Source: an uncultured Gemmatimonadales bacterium
GTDB taxonomy: Bacteria; Gemmatimonadota; Gemmatimonadetes; Longimicrobiales; Gaopeijiaceae
NCBI GenBank assembly: GCA_963809895.1
Contig: CAWELD010000003.1
Coordinates: 3,424,001-3,488,000 of the forward strand
DNA length: 64,000 nucleotides
Reading direction: 5' to 3'
Shown here: piece after piece, positions 1-11,873 of the stretch
Numbering within the stretch: position 1 is the stretch's first letter
Layout of the letters: the number at the start of each line of letters is the position of its first letter
Program-made: the position numbers and the translations under genes
Notes under the pieces: generated by a model
The model's database searches: none
What the model was told of the DNA's origin: nothing
Seen by the model: only the letters and a program-made list of their open reading frames with translations

Positions 1-1015
1 GGAGCTGCTGGACCAGGCGCTGGCCACCTACACGAGCTACCTCGAAGGCAATCCCTCCGACGACGATCGTGACCGGGTGCAGGACCGCGTCGCCCTCCTG
101 CGCAGGAGGTTGGTGGAGCGGAGGGTGCGGGCCATCGTGCAGGGTGAGGCGACCCGGACCGTGGCCCCCTCGACGGTGGCCGTCTTCCCGTTCGTGTACG
201 CCGGCACCAGTGAGGACTACGCGCCGCTGGGCCGGGCGCTGGCCGCGATGCTGGCCACGGACCTCTCCCTCACCGACCGACTCACGGTGGTGGAACGCCT
301 GGAGCTCCAGCTCCTCCTCGACGAGACCGCCCTGGGACAATCGGCGCTGGTAGATCCCGCCACCGCGGTGCAGCCGGGCCGGCTGGTGGGAGCCGGCGAG
401 GTCGTGCAGGGCGCCCTGGGCGGCGACGACCAGACCGTGACGCTGGAAGCGGCCGTGGTAGGCGTCTCGGACCAGACCGGTGAGGTGCGCTTCAACGTGT
501 CGAACCAGGGCGCGGCCTCGGACCTGTTCGACCTGGAGAAGGACATGGCGTTCTCGCTGTACGACGCCCTGGGCGTGGAGCTCACGCCGGCCGAGCGTGA
601 GCGCATCAGCGAACGCTGGACCGACAACGTCCAGGCGTTGCTGCAGTTCGGCATGGGGCTCGAGGCGGAGGACCGCGGCGACTACGCCGAAGCCCGAGCC
701 CGTTACCAGCAGGCGGTGCGGCTGGATCCCGGGTTCGATCAGGCGCAATCCAGAGCCGGGAGCGCCGACGAGATCTTCCGGGCCGCCAGCGTCGGGGTCG
801 CCGAGATCGCCGACATCGCCCGGGCGCAGCTGTCGGTGAACCTGTCCGACTTCCAGGACCTGGTCACGCTCGAGGGCCTGCTGAACGGCACGCTGGACCT
901 GGTGAACCTGCCCGGGGTGCGGGACGTCGCCACCGAGCTGCTGGGTGTGGAGGGATTCCGGCCGGCCACGCTGCACATCGTCCTGGGCCCGCCGAAGGGC
1001 GGGAGTGACCGATGA
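1..1015 (+). CDS. TPR + CsgG/HfaB(TolB_N)-like domain protein, 5' partial
   Basis: Frame is open from nt 2 (ELLDQALATYTSYL...), so the gene starts upstream of the window. 'TVAVFPF...LAAMLATDL...LTVVERLELQLLLDE...AVQPGRLVGAGEVVQG' matches the CsgG-type pattern; TPR-like 'GDYAEARARYQQAVRLDPGF'. Confidence 0.75.
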   Translation, partial: ELLDQALATYTSYLEGNPSDDDRDRVQDRVALLRRRLVERRVRAIVQGEATRTVAPSTVAVFPFVYAGTSEDYAPLGRALAAMLATDLSLTDRLTVVERLELQLLLDETALGQSALVDPATAVQPGRLVGAGEVVQGALGGDDQTVTLEAAVVGVSDQTGEVRFNVSNQGAASDLFDLEKDMAFSLYDALGVELTPAERERISERWTDNVQALLQFGMGLEAEDRGDYAEARARYQQAVRLDPGFDQAQSRAGSADEIFRAASVGVAEIADIARAQLSVNLSDFQDLVTLEGLLNGTLDLVNLPGVRDVATELLGVEGFRPATLHIVLGPPKGGSDR

Positions 1016-2175
1016 GCCGCCGGTGCGGGGCGACGACCCGGGCGCGGCGCTCGTCGCCGACCCCGCTGACCCGGTTCCTCGGGGGACTGCCGGCGGCGGC
1101 GCTGCTCGCCGTGGTCGCGCCCGTGCACGCCGCGGCACAGAGTCGGACGGTGGTGGCGGCCGGCGTGGAATTCCAGCGCATGGGCTTCTCCGACGCCGGC
1201 GCCGTGGGCACGGACGCGCTCACGCTGCTCACGACCTCGTGGGCCGCGCGCTTCGCCGCCAGCCCCACCGTGGACGTCTCGGTATCGGGGAACTGGGCTC
1301 GCGCCGAAGAGACGAACCCGGCCGGCGGCACGCGCTCGCTGGCGGGTCTCACCGACACGCAGCTCGAGGCCACCCTGCGCCTGGCGGGAGGCGATGTCGC
1401 CCTCACCGGGATGCTGGCGCTTCCCACCGGAAGCCCGGCCCTGGAGCTCGGCGAGATCGAGGTGGCGGCACGGATCGCGTCGGACCTGCTGCCCTTCCGG
1501 ATCAGCAACTGGGGCTCGGGGGGCGGGGCGGGCGCCCGGGTGGCGCTGGCCCGCCGCTTCGGTGGCGTCGGAGCCGGCGTGAGCGCCGGCTACTTCGTGG
1601 GCCGGGAGTTCACGCCGCTGGGATTCACCGACACCGAGTACCGGCCCGGGAGCTCACTGGTGATCCGCGGCGTGCTGGACGGCAACGTGGGGCGCGCCGG
1701 CAAGGCATCGCTCCAGCTCACCGTTCGCACCTACGGGCACGACCAGCAGGACGGGGGCGACGCCTTCCAGGCCGGCGCCCGCACCCAGGCGCTGGCCTCG
1801 TACGCCTTCCGCGTCGGCACCCGATCCAGCGCCGTGCTCTACGCCGGCGCGCTGCACCGCGCCGAAGGCACGTCGGAGAGCAGCATCATCGGCATCGGCG
1901 CCCGCACCCTGGTCACCGCGGGGGGTAGCGGGCGCTTCCAGGTAGGCGGCGTTCGCCTCATCCCCGCCGCCGACGTCCGCCTGGTCACCGCCTCCGACGG
2001 CATCGACCAGGGCTACGAACTCGGCTTCGGCGGGCGGGCGGAGGTGACACGAGGCAGCGTGGTCCTGGTCCCTGAGGCTCGCCTCCACCTGGGCCGTCTC
2101 GCGCTTCTGCGCGACGTGGCCGAGTCGAGCTATCTGGGCCTCGATGTGGGATTCACCGTGAGGCTCCGGCCATGA
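1012..2175 (+). CDS. putative outer-membrane beta-barrel protein
   Basis: Signal peptide (..VHAAAQ); alternating amphipathic strands; C-terminal 'YLGLDVGFTVRL'; ATGA overlap with the upstream gene. Confidence 0.6.
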   Translation: MSRRCGATTRARRSSPTPLTRFLGGLPAAALLAVVAPVHAAAQSRTVVAAGVEFQRMGFSDAGAVGTDALTLLTTSWAARFAASPTVDVSVSGNWARAEETNPAGGTRSLAGLTDTQLEATLRLAGGDVALTGMLALPTGSPALELGEIEVAARIASDLLPFRISNWGSGGGAGARVALARRFGGVGAGVSAGYFVGREFTPLGFTDTEYRPGSSLVIRGVLDGNVGRAGKASLQLTVRTYGHDQQDGGDAFQAGARTQALASYAFRVGTRSSAVLYAGALHRAEGTSESSIIGIGARTLVTAGGSGRFQVGGVRLIPAADVRLVTASDGIDQGYELGFGGRAEVTRGSVVLVPEARLHLGRLALLRDVAESSYLGLDVGFTVRLRP

Positions 2176-3674
2176 CCGCCCCCACGGCTGTGCCGGCACG
2201 ACGTTGGCTCGCGCTTCTGGGGTTGGGCCTCGCGGCCTCGCTCCAGGGGTGTGACGCCCTCCTTACCGATCCCACCTCCGCCCCGGCCGCCCAGTTGCAC
2301 CTCTCGGTGTCCCCCGTGCGGGCGGAGCAGACCCAGGGCACCCTGCTGCAGGCCTTCGCGCAGGTGGACGAGGTGCGGATCCGGCTGGAGGACGGCGGGG
2401 GGGCACCGGTGCTGGACCGGACCGTGCCCTTCCGGTTCGTGGCCGGGCTCGCCGTCCTCGACCCGGTCACGCTCACCCCCGACGAGGCCGCGGGGGTGGC
2501 GAGACTGATCGTCACCCTGCGCTCCCAGTCCCGAACGCTCTTCACGGCCGCCACGCCCCTGTCCCTCTCCGGCCAGGACGCCAGTGGCGCCGTGGTCCTG
2601 ACCGTGACCCCGGTGCCGGGCGAGATCGAGGTCACGCAGGTTCCCACCTTCGACGCCCTGGGGGCCACGGGTCAGCTGACCGCCCGCGTGACGCTGGCCA
2701 CCGGCCAGGAAATCCCCGGAACTCCGGTGACCTGGACCAGCCTGGACCCCCAGATCGTTTCCGTGACGCCTCAAGGGCTCGCCACGGCGGAAGCCGAGGG
2801 ACAGGCTCGCCTGGTGGCCCGGGCCGGAACCGGAAGCGCCGCGGTCACCGCCATGACCACGGTGGTGGTGGATGCGACGGTGGACCAGGTGATGGTGGAC
2901 CCCTCCTCGCTGGAGATCATGGTGGAGGACGAGGGCAGCCTCACCGCCACGGCGCTGGACCGGAACGGCAACGCGCTTCAGCGCACGGTGAGCTGGAGCT
3001 CCAAGGACGAGTCGGTGGCGAGAGTGGCCTCGGATGGTCCCGCGACGGGCATCGTGACCGGCGAGGGGCTGGGAAGCACCAAGGTGATCGCCACTGCCGA
3101 CGGGGTGAGCGGCTCCGCCTCGGTTCAGGTGGTCCGCCAGCTCGCCATCGTCACCGGCACCCTCGCCCAGGGCACCGTGGGCGAGTCCTACTTCACCGCG
3201 CTCGCCGCCGTGGGCGGCACCGGGAGCTATCAGTGGCGGGTCGCGTCAGGTGCGCTGCCGCCGGGGATCGGGCTCTCCCAGAGCGGTCAGCTGTCGGGCA
3301 CACCCACCGCCGAGGGTGACTGGGTCTTCACTGCGGCGGTGCAGTCGGGCTCGCAGGAGGCGACGCGTACGCTGACGCTGTCCACGCGCTACGACCGCAC
3401 CTCGTCCATCCTCGTGACCGTGGTCCTGTTCAACCAGCCCTACTCCGGGGTGCGGGTCGACCTCTCGGGGCCCGACGCCGCCTCCACCGTCACCGACTCC
3501 AACGGGCAGGCGTCCTTCGGCAACCTGCGCCCGGGTGAGTACACGGTCTCGTTCGACCCGGGCGCGTACGCGGCCTACTTCCCCTCCACCAGCCAGACCG
3601 TGACGCTCACGGGCTCCGGCTCGCAGGCGACCATCACCTTCAGCAGCGTGGGCGGGCAGGCCATGGGCAACTAG
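2172..3674 (+). CDS. Ig-like (Big_2 / He_PIG) repeat lipoprotein with C-terminal carboxypeptidase-regulatory-like domain
   Basis: Lipobox LQGC; Big_2 motifs 'VTWTSLDPQIVSV', 'VSWSSKDESVARV'; He_PIG 'SGALPPGIGLSQSGQLSGTPT'; 'TDSNGQASFGNLRPGEYTV'. Confidence 0.8.
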   Translation: MTAPTAVPARRWLALLGLGLAASLQGCDALLTDPTSAPAAQLHLSVSPVRAEQTQGTLLQAFAQVDEVRIRLEDGGGAPVLDRTVPFRFVAGLAVLDPVTLTPDEAAGVARLIVTLRSQSRTLFTAATPLSLSGQDASGAVVLTVTPVPGEIEVTQVPTFDALGATGQLTARVTLATGQEIPGTPVTWTSLDPQIVSVTPQGLATAEAEGQARLVARAGTGSAAVTAMTTVVVDATVDQVMVDPSSLEIMVEDEGSLTATALDRNGNALQRTVSWSSKDESVARVASDGPATGIVTGEGLGSTKVIATADGVSGSASVQVVRQLAIVTGTLAQGTVGESYFTALAAVGGTGSYQWRVASGALPPGIGLSQSGQLSGTPTAEGDWVFTAAVQSGSQEATRTLTLSTRYDRTSSILVTVVLFNQPYSGVRVDLSGPDAASTVTDSNGQASFGNLRPGEYTVSFDPGAYAAYFPSTSQTVTLTGSGSQATITFSSVGGQAMGN

Positions 3675-3685
3675 CAGCCCGGCTG

Positions 3686-6247
<2,562 letters not shown>

Positions 6248-6312
6248 TGAATGCACGTTCCTTGCCACGCTGAAATGCCCGAATTCGTGCCGCTACTGCA
6301 GCTTCCACTGCC

Positions 6313-6349
6313 AATGTGACGTGAACCGGGACGCGGCGCACGTCACATT
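6313..6349. promoter_or_regulatory. perfect 11-bp inverted repeat (candidate operator) between divergent lon and MBL hydrolase genes
   Basis: AATGTGACGTG-N15-CACGTCACATT, AT-richer than its surroundings. Confidence 0.45.
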
Positions 6350-6455
6350 CGTCTCACGGCGGCCTTTTTCGCGCCCGCGGCGCACGGTAGTTTCGGATCC
6401 CGGGCCCCGAGCCCGGGTTCGCTCGCTCCACACCCGGAGAACCGGGAGAGCACGC

Positions 6456-7079
6456 ATGGAGTCCGACCTGCTGCAGGGCGTCACGTGGTTTCGTGGCTCG
6501 TCCATCCGGATCCGCCGGGCGGGCCTGGAAGTTCTCGTCGACCCCCTGGCGCTGGATGGCGAGGGAGAGGCGGACTACATCCTCCTCACGCATCCGCACT
6601 ACGACAACTTCTCCGAAGACGACATCGCCCGGGTGCGCACCCCGGACACCATCGTCATCGCGCCGGCCACCATGAAGAAGCTCCTGGCCGACGCCGACCA
6701 CTTCTTGCGTCCCGGAGACATGCTGCAGCTCGAGGGCCTCGACGTCCTCGCCGTACCCGCCTACAACACCGACAAGAAGTTCCACCCGCCGGAGAGCGGC
6801 TGGCTGGGCTACGTCTTCACGCTGGGCGGCGTCACCTACTACCACGCCGGCGATACCGACTTCATCGAAGAGATGAACTCGGTGCGCTGCGACGTGGCGT
6901 TCCTGCCCGTCGACGGCCACTACACCATGGACGCCGACGAAGCGGCGCGGGCGGCGGAGGCGTGCGACGCGGCCGTGGTGGTGCCCATTCGCTGGGGCGA
7001 GGGCGCCTCGGCCGAGGAGGCGAGCCGCCTGGCCGCCCGCGAAGACCTGAACGTGCACCTGCTGACGCGTAGCGGATGA
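6456..7079 (+). CDS. MBL-fold metallo-hydrolase (UlaG/UPF0173-like)
   Basis: 'ILLTHPHYDNF', 'YYHAGDT', 'VAFLPVDGHYTMD'; GGAGAG RBS before the ATG at 6456. Confidence 0.85.
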   Translation: MESDLLQGVTWFRGSSIRIRRAGLEVLVDPLALDGEGEADYILLTHPHYDNFSEDDIARVRTPDTIVIAPATMKKLLADADHFLRPGDMLQLEGLDVLAVPAYNTDKKFHPPESGWLGYVFTLGGVTYYHAGDTDFIEEMNSVRCDVAFLPVDGHYTMDADEAARAAEACDAAVVVPIRWGEGASAEEASRLAAREDLNVHLLTRSG

Positions 7080-8782
7080 GCGTGCAGGCGGTGTTGCCGC
7101 GCTGGACCGGCGGAGCGCTCCGGACCGCCGGGGTGAGCCTGACGTTCGCCCTGGGAGTCTCTCTCGCTGCGGTCCCCGCCGCGGCCCAGGACAGTGCCCT
7201 GCCGTCCATGGCAGGGCGCTCCACCGTCTACGTGCCCCACGGCGTGGTGGCCACGAGCCAGCCGCTGGCCTCGTCCGCAGCCCTCGCCGTGCTGGAACGC
7301 GGGGGCAATGCCGTGGACGCGGCGGTGACGGCAGCGGCCGTGCTGGCGCTGGTGGAACCTCACATGAACGGCCCCGGCGGCGACCTGTGGGCGCTCCTGT
7401 GGGATCCCGAGCAGGGCCGCCTGGTGGGCCTGGACTCCAGCGGCCGGGCCGGCAGCCTCATGACCCCGGAGCGGATCCGCGCCGACGGCTTCGACCGGGT
7501 CCCGTACCAGGGGCCCGGCTCGGTCACGGTCCCGGGGGTCGTGGCTGGATGGGCAGCGCTCCTCGAGCGCTATGGCACCATGTCGCTGGCCGACGTGCTG
7601 GCCCCCGCCATCGCCCTGGCCGAGGGGGGATTCCCGGTCTCGCCCATCATCGCCCGGCAGTGGCAGGCCCAGGTGGAGCTGCTGCAGGCCGACTCCGGCG
7701 CCGCCGCCACCTATCTGGTCGACGGCGGGCGGGCGCCCCGCGCCGGCGAGTGGTTCCGGAACCCCGACCTGGCGGCAACGTACCGGCTGCTCGCCGACGA
7801 GGGGCCGGGTGCGCTTTACGGGGGATCGCTGGGCCGGCGCATCGTGGACGGCCTGTCGGACATGGGAGGCTATCTGACGCTGGAGGACATGGCGGCCATG
7901 GAGCCCGAGTGGGTGGATCCCCTCTCGGTGGACTTCAAGGGCTACACCGTGTGGGAGCTCCCGCCGGCGGGCCAGGGCGTGGCGGCACTGGAGATGCTGA
8001 AGATCCTGGAGCCCTTCGACCTGGCGTCCATGGGCCACGACTCGGCGCCCTACCTGCACCACCTCATCGAGGCCAAGAAGCTCGCCTTCGCCGACCTGGG
8101 CGCGTACGTGGCCGATCGGGACTACATGGAGGTGGACCCCCGAGCGCTGCTCGACCCCGACTTCGTGGCCGGGCGTCGCGCGCTCCTGGATCCCGACAGC
8201 GCTGCCGACCGCCCCGACCCCGGCGAGATCGCGTCCCGGAGCGAGACCATCTACCTGACCGTGGCCGACGCCGACGGCATGATGGTGTCCTTCATCCAGT
8301 CCGTGTACGAGTACTTCGGCTCGGGCATCGTCATTCCAGGCACCGGCTTCGTGCTCCAGAACCGGGGCGCGGGCTTCACGCTGGAAGACGGTCACCCGAA
8401 CCAGGTCGCCCCCGGAAAGCACCCCTTCCACACGCTGATCCCCGGGTTCGTCACGCGCGATGGCCGGCCCTGGATGTCTTTCGGCGTCATGGGCGGCTCC
8501 ATGCAGCCCCAGGGTCACGTGCAGCTCCTGCTCAACCTGCTGGAATTCGGCATGGACCCCCAGCAGGCGGTGGACGCAGCGCGCTTCCGCCACCTGAGCG
8601 GCCGCCGGGTCGCGGTGGAGCACGTCACGCCCGAGGTGAAGGCCGCCCTCGAGGCCATGGGGCACCAGGTCGTGCCCTGGGAGTCGGTAGCTTTCGGAGG
8701 CGCTCAGGTGATCATCCGGCTGGACCGCGGGTGGGCTGCGGCGTCGGATCCCCGCAAAGACGGACTGGCCATCGGGTACTGA
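7076..8782 (+). CDS. ggt: gamma-glutamyltransferase family protein (exported)
   Basis: 'GGNAVDAAV', 'GGDLWAL', nucleophile Thr in 'SETIYLTVAD', 'PFHTLIPG', 'GVMGGSMQPQG', 'ASDPRKDG'. Confidence 0.93.
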   Translation: MSVQAVLPRWTGGALRTAGVSLTFALGVSLAAVPAAAQDSALPSMAGRSTVYVPHGVVATSQPLASSAALAVLERGGNAVDAAVTAAAVLALVEPHMNGPGGDLWALLWDPEQGRLVGLDSSGRAGSLMTPERIRADGFDRVPYQGPGSVTVPGVVAGWAALLERYGTMSLADVLAPAIALAEGGFPVSPIIARQWQAQVELLQADSGAAATYLVDGGRAPRAGEWFRNPDLAATYRLLADEGPGALYGGSLGRRIVDGLSDMGGYLTLEDMAAMEPEWVDPLSVDFKGYTVWELPPAGQGVAALEMLKILEPFDLASMGHDSAPYLHHLIEAKKLAFADLGAYVADRDYMEVDPRALLDPDFVAGRRALLDPDSAADRPDPGEIASRSETIYLTVADADGMMVSFIQSVYEYFGSGIVIPGTGFVLQNRGAGFTLEDGHPNQVAPGKHPFHTLIPGFVTRDGRPWMSFGVMGGSMQPQGHVQLLLNLLEFGMDPQQAVDAARFRHLSGRRVAVEHVTPEVKAALEAMGHQVVPWESVAFGGAQVIIRLDRGWAAASDPRKDGLAIGY

Positions 8783-8898
8783 CGGGCCCCGGGGTCGGTC
8801 ACCCCCGCCACCCACCGCGCGTACGAGTGAATGGAGGCCGCCGCGGCATCCGGAGGCCGAACCCCAGCCGCGAACGACGCCGGTTTGGACGACCGACC

Positions 8899-10680
8899 AT
8901 GGACCATCATCGATTTCTCAGCCTGCTGACCCCCACCTGGGTGGCGCTGGCGATGTGCGTGTCCGGGGCGGGCGCCGCCGCCCAGACGCCGGTCTTGGGG
9001 GTGGTGCGGGACGAAGGGTCGGGCCAGCCCGTGGAGACGGCCTTCGTGGCGCTGCTCGGCGCGGGAGGTGAGGTCGTCACCGCCACGCTGACCACCCCCG
9101 CGGGCGCCTTCCGCCTGGGCGCGCCGGCGCCCGGCGAGTATCGGGTACGGGTGGAGCGCATCGGGTATCGGACCACCGTCTCCGATCCCTTCTCGGTCGT
9201 AGCCGGTGCCGAGCTGCCGTTCCTGGCGCTCGCTGTTCCCGAAGAGGCGTTGTCTCTGGAGGGGATCGAGGTCGAAGGCGCAAGCCGCTGCCGCGTCCGG
9301 CCAGACGAGGGCGAGGCCACGGCGCGGGTCTGGGATCAGGTGAAGAAGGTCCTCACCGTGGCGTCGTGGGCCCAGGGCGAGGGCGTGCTCCAGTACCGCA
9401 TGGTGCGCTTCGACCGCCGCCTCGACCCTGCCCGGCTGCGCGTGAAGGAGGAGCACCGCGAGCGCCTGGCCGGATTCCACGGTGGCAGCCCCTTCGTGTC
9501 CTCGCCCGTGGAGGAGCTCCAGGCCGACGGCTTCGTGCAGGAGCTTCGGGACGGCAGCTATCGCTACCTCGCCCCCGACGCCGACGTCCTCCTGTCGGAT
9601 CGCTTCCTGGACACGCACTGCTTTCGGCTTCGTCGTGACGACGCGCCCGACGACGGCTGGATCGGTCTCGCCTTCGAGCCCGTACGTCGAGGGGGGATCG
9701 CAGACATCGAGGGCGTGCTGTGGGTCGACGCCGCCACCGCTCGGCTTCAGCGGTTGGACTACGGCTATACCTGGCTGCCCGAGGGGCTGGAAACCGACAA
9801 GGTCGGTGGCCGCATCGAGTTCGAGCAGGTGCCCCAGGGGCCCTGGATCGTACACGACTGGTGGATCCGCATGCCCGTCATCGGCCTGCGCCGGGAATAC
9901 CCGGCGCCGGGGCTCCCGGCGCAGAACGTCGCGGTCCTCATGGAGGTCGCCGAGACCGGAGGCGAGGTGACCGAGGTGCGGGCGCCGGACGGCTCACCGC
10001 TGCTCCAGGCGCAGACCGCCGCCGTCGCCGGCGTGGTCTTCGACAGCGCCGCGGCGCAGCCTCTGAGAGGGGCCCACGTCGTGCTGGTGGGCACGGCCTT
10101 CCAGACCACCACCGACGCCGACGGCGGCTTCGCGCTGGGCGGCCTGCCCCGTGGTCGCTACGAGATCACCTTCGAATCGCCTCGCCTGGACGACCTCGGG
10201 TGGACCGCCGACCCCGTGCCCGTGGAGCTGGCGCTCGGGGAGACATCCTCCGTCAGCCTCGCCATTCCCCCCATGGAGCGCATCCTCGGGGAGCGTTGCG
10301 GGGACCCGGTCACCGACGAGCAGGGCTCGGCGGTCCTGACCGGGCGCGTGATCGGGGGAACAGGAAGCACCGCGGTGCCGGAGGGGTTGGAGGTCGTGAT
10401 GACCTGGGAGACCGGATCCATCGGGCCCGGCGCTCGCCGAGGCAGCGTGGTGGTCTCGCAGGGCTCACGCACGGTCCGTACACCCGTCGGCGACAGCGGA
10501 CGTTACTTCGTGTGCGGGCTTCCGCCGGAGCGGCAAATCCGGATCTGGACCGAGCTCGCACAGCGGGCGACGGCCGACACCGCGTCGGTGCGCCTGGCTC
10601 GGGGTGAGCTGCGCCGGCAAGACGTCCCGGTGCCACCTCCTGTGCCCCGGCCGGGTGCGAGCCCCGGATCCCCCCGCTAG
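8899..10680 (+). CDS. carboxypeptidase-regulatory-like domain exported protein
   Basis: Signal peptide; 'GVVRDEGSGQPVETAFV...GEYRVRVERIGY'; 'APDADVLLSDRFLDTHCF'; second repeat 'GVVFDSAAAQPLRGAHV'. The ORF-track start at 7387 overlaps ggt and is not the real start. Confidence 0.75.
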   Translation: MDHHRFLSLLTPTWVALAMCVSGAGAAAQTPVLGVVRDEGSGQPVETAFVALLGAGGEVVTATLTTPAGAFRLGAPAPGEYRVRVERIGYRTTVSDPFSVVAGAELPFLALAVPEEALSLEGIEVEGASRCRVRPDEGEATARVWDQVKKVLTVASWAQGEGVLQYRMVRFDRRLDPARLRVKEEHRERLAGFHGGSPFVSSPVEELQADGFVQELRDGSYRYLAPDADVLLSDRFLDTHCFRLRRDDAPDDGWIGLAFEPVRRGGIADIEGVLWVDAATARLQRLDYGYTWLPEGLETDKVGGRIEFEQVPQGPWIVHDWWIRMPVIGLRREYPAPGLPAQNVAVLMEVAETGGEVTEVRAPDGSPLLQAQTAAVAGVVFDSAAAQPLRGAHVVLVGTAFQTTTDADGGFALGGLPRGRYEITFESPRLDDLGWTADPVPVELALGETSSVSLAIPPMERILGERCGDPVTDEQGSAVLTGRVIGGTGSTAVPEGLEVVMTWETGSIGPGARRGSVVVSQGSRTVRTPVGDSGRYFVCGLPPERQIRIWTELAQRATADTASVRLARGELRRQDVPVPPPVPRPGASPGSPR

Positions 10681-10689
10681 CTTTTCTCC

Positions 10690-11544
10690 ATGCCCGATCC
10701 CGACTCCATCCTGCCCTACGAGCGCCTACCGGAGGGGTTCGCCCGCACGCTGGACGAGCCCCCGGAGTCCCCGGCGCCGGCGCGGCCCGCGGCGACGATC
10801 GTACTCCTGCGCGAGGGCATCTCGGACCTCGAAGTGCTCCTCCTCAAGCGCGTGCGCAGCTCAGGCTTCGTGCCCGGAGCGTACGTGTTTCCCGGCGGCC
10901 GCGTCGACGCCGACGACGCGGAGCCGGCACTGGTGGAGCGTCTGGCCGGACTGGATCCCGCCGGGGCGGCCCGACGACTGGGACTCGCCGCCGACGCCGA
11001 GCCGGCGGCCGTGGCCTACGTGATCGCCGCCCTGCGCGAGGCCTTCGAAGAGACGGGGCTGCTGGTGGGACGCCGCGAGGGCGGCGGGCCGGTGCCCGCG
11101 GCGGCGGACGATCCGGTCGTGGCCGAGCACCGCGACCGCCTGCTCGCCGACGAGGGCGTGTTCCCCCAGGTGCTCGACGCGCTGGGCGCCCGCATGGACG
11201 GGGCCGCCGTGGCCTACGTGGCCCACTGGATCACGCCGGAGGTGGAGCCCCGTCGCTACGACACGCGCTTCTTCGCGGCGGCGCTGGAGGGAGAAGGCCG
11301 GGTGTCGCTCAATCCCGCCGAGATGACCGACGCCCTCTGGGTCTCGCCCGCCGAAGCGTTGGAGCGGAACCGCGCGGGGCGTCTGCCCATGGTCTTCCCG
11401 ACCCTGAAGACGCTGGCGTCGCTCACGGAATTCTCGTCACCCGCCGACGCGCTGGCGGCCTTCGCCGAGCGCGACATCCCGGCCATCCTGCCCCGTCTCG
11501 TGCGCACGCCCACCGGTGTGGGGCTGGAGATCGACGAGGAGTAG
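10690..11544 (+). CDS. NUDIX hydrolase (Nudt19-like)
   Basis: 'FVPGAYVFPGGRVD', 'AALREAFEETG', 'HWITPEVEPRRYDTRFF'. Confidence 0.9.
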   Translation: MPDPDSILPYERLPEGFARTLDEPPESPAPARPAATIVLLREGISDLEVLLLKRVRSSGFVPGAYVFPGGRVDADDAEPALVERLAGLDPAGAARRLGLAADAEPAAVAYVIAALREAFEETGLLVGRREGGGPVPAAADDPVVAEHRDRLLADEGVFPQVLDALGARMDGAAVAYVAHWITPEVEPRRYDTRFFAAALEGEGRVSLNPAEMTDALWVSPAEALERNRAGRLPMVFPTLKTLASLTEFSSPADALAAFAERDIPAILPRLVRTPTGVGLEIDEE

Positions 11545-11610
11545 CGGGAACGGTAGGAGCGGCGGGCCGCCCGGGGCCCCGCGCGGACGATCGCAGCGGC
11601 AGGGCCACCA

Positions 11611-11797
11611 GGATCGCTCGCCGTCAATCCCGCAAGCGAGCGATTCCGTGCCTCAGCTGCAGGGTTGCAGGCGATAATCGCCGCAAACGCCACGCGCGTC
11701 TCCCCGCCCCCGAGGCCGCGCTCGATCGGCCGGAATAATCGCCGTCAATCCGGCATTCGCCGCAATTCCGGCGGCCGTTGCGGGGTTTACGGCAATC
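11611..11797. repeat. intergenic cluster of short direct/inverted repeats (REP-like)
   Basis: TCGCCGTCAATCC at 11618 and 11739; ATAATCGCCG at 11674 and 11735; GCCGTCAATCCCGCAA (11620) vs inverted TTGCGGGGTTTACGGC (11778, 14/16). Confidence 0.5.
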
Positions 11798-11873
11798 GAA
11801 GTGTGCAGTGCGGCGGGCATCGCTGGTGCGCTACCACGCGCCCGCCGCCGACCCGCCCTCCCGTCCTTGCCCC

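Noticed and set aside
6250..6315. Sigma-54 promoter for lon (TTGGCA...CTGCA on the minus strand)
   Set aside because: GG-to-GC spacing is 11 nt rather than the required 10.
7387..8898. N-terminal half of the 1097-aa ORF
   Set aside because: Alternate-frame overlap of ggt with low-complexity Arg/Gly/Pro sequence; the real gene starts at 8899 with a signal peptide.
11611..11797. Possible CRISPR array or tRNA
   Set aside because: Repeats are short, degenerate, irregularly spaced and in both orientations; no cas genes and no cloverleaf.
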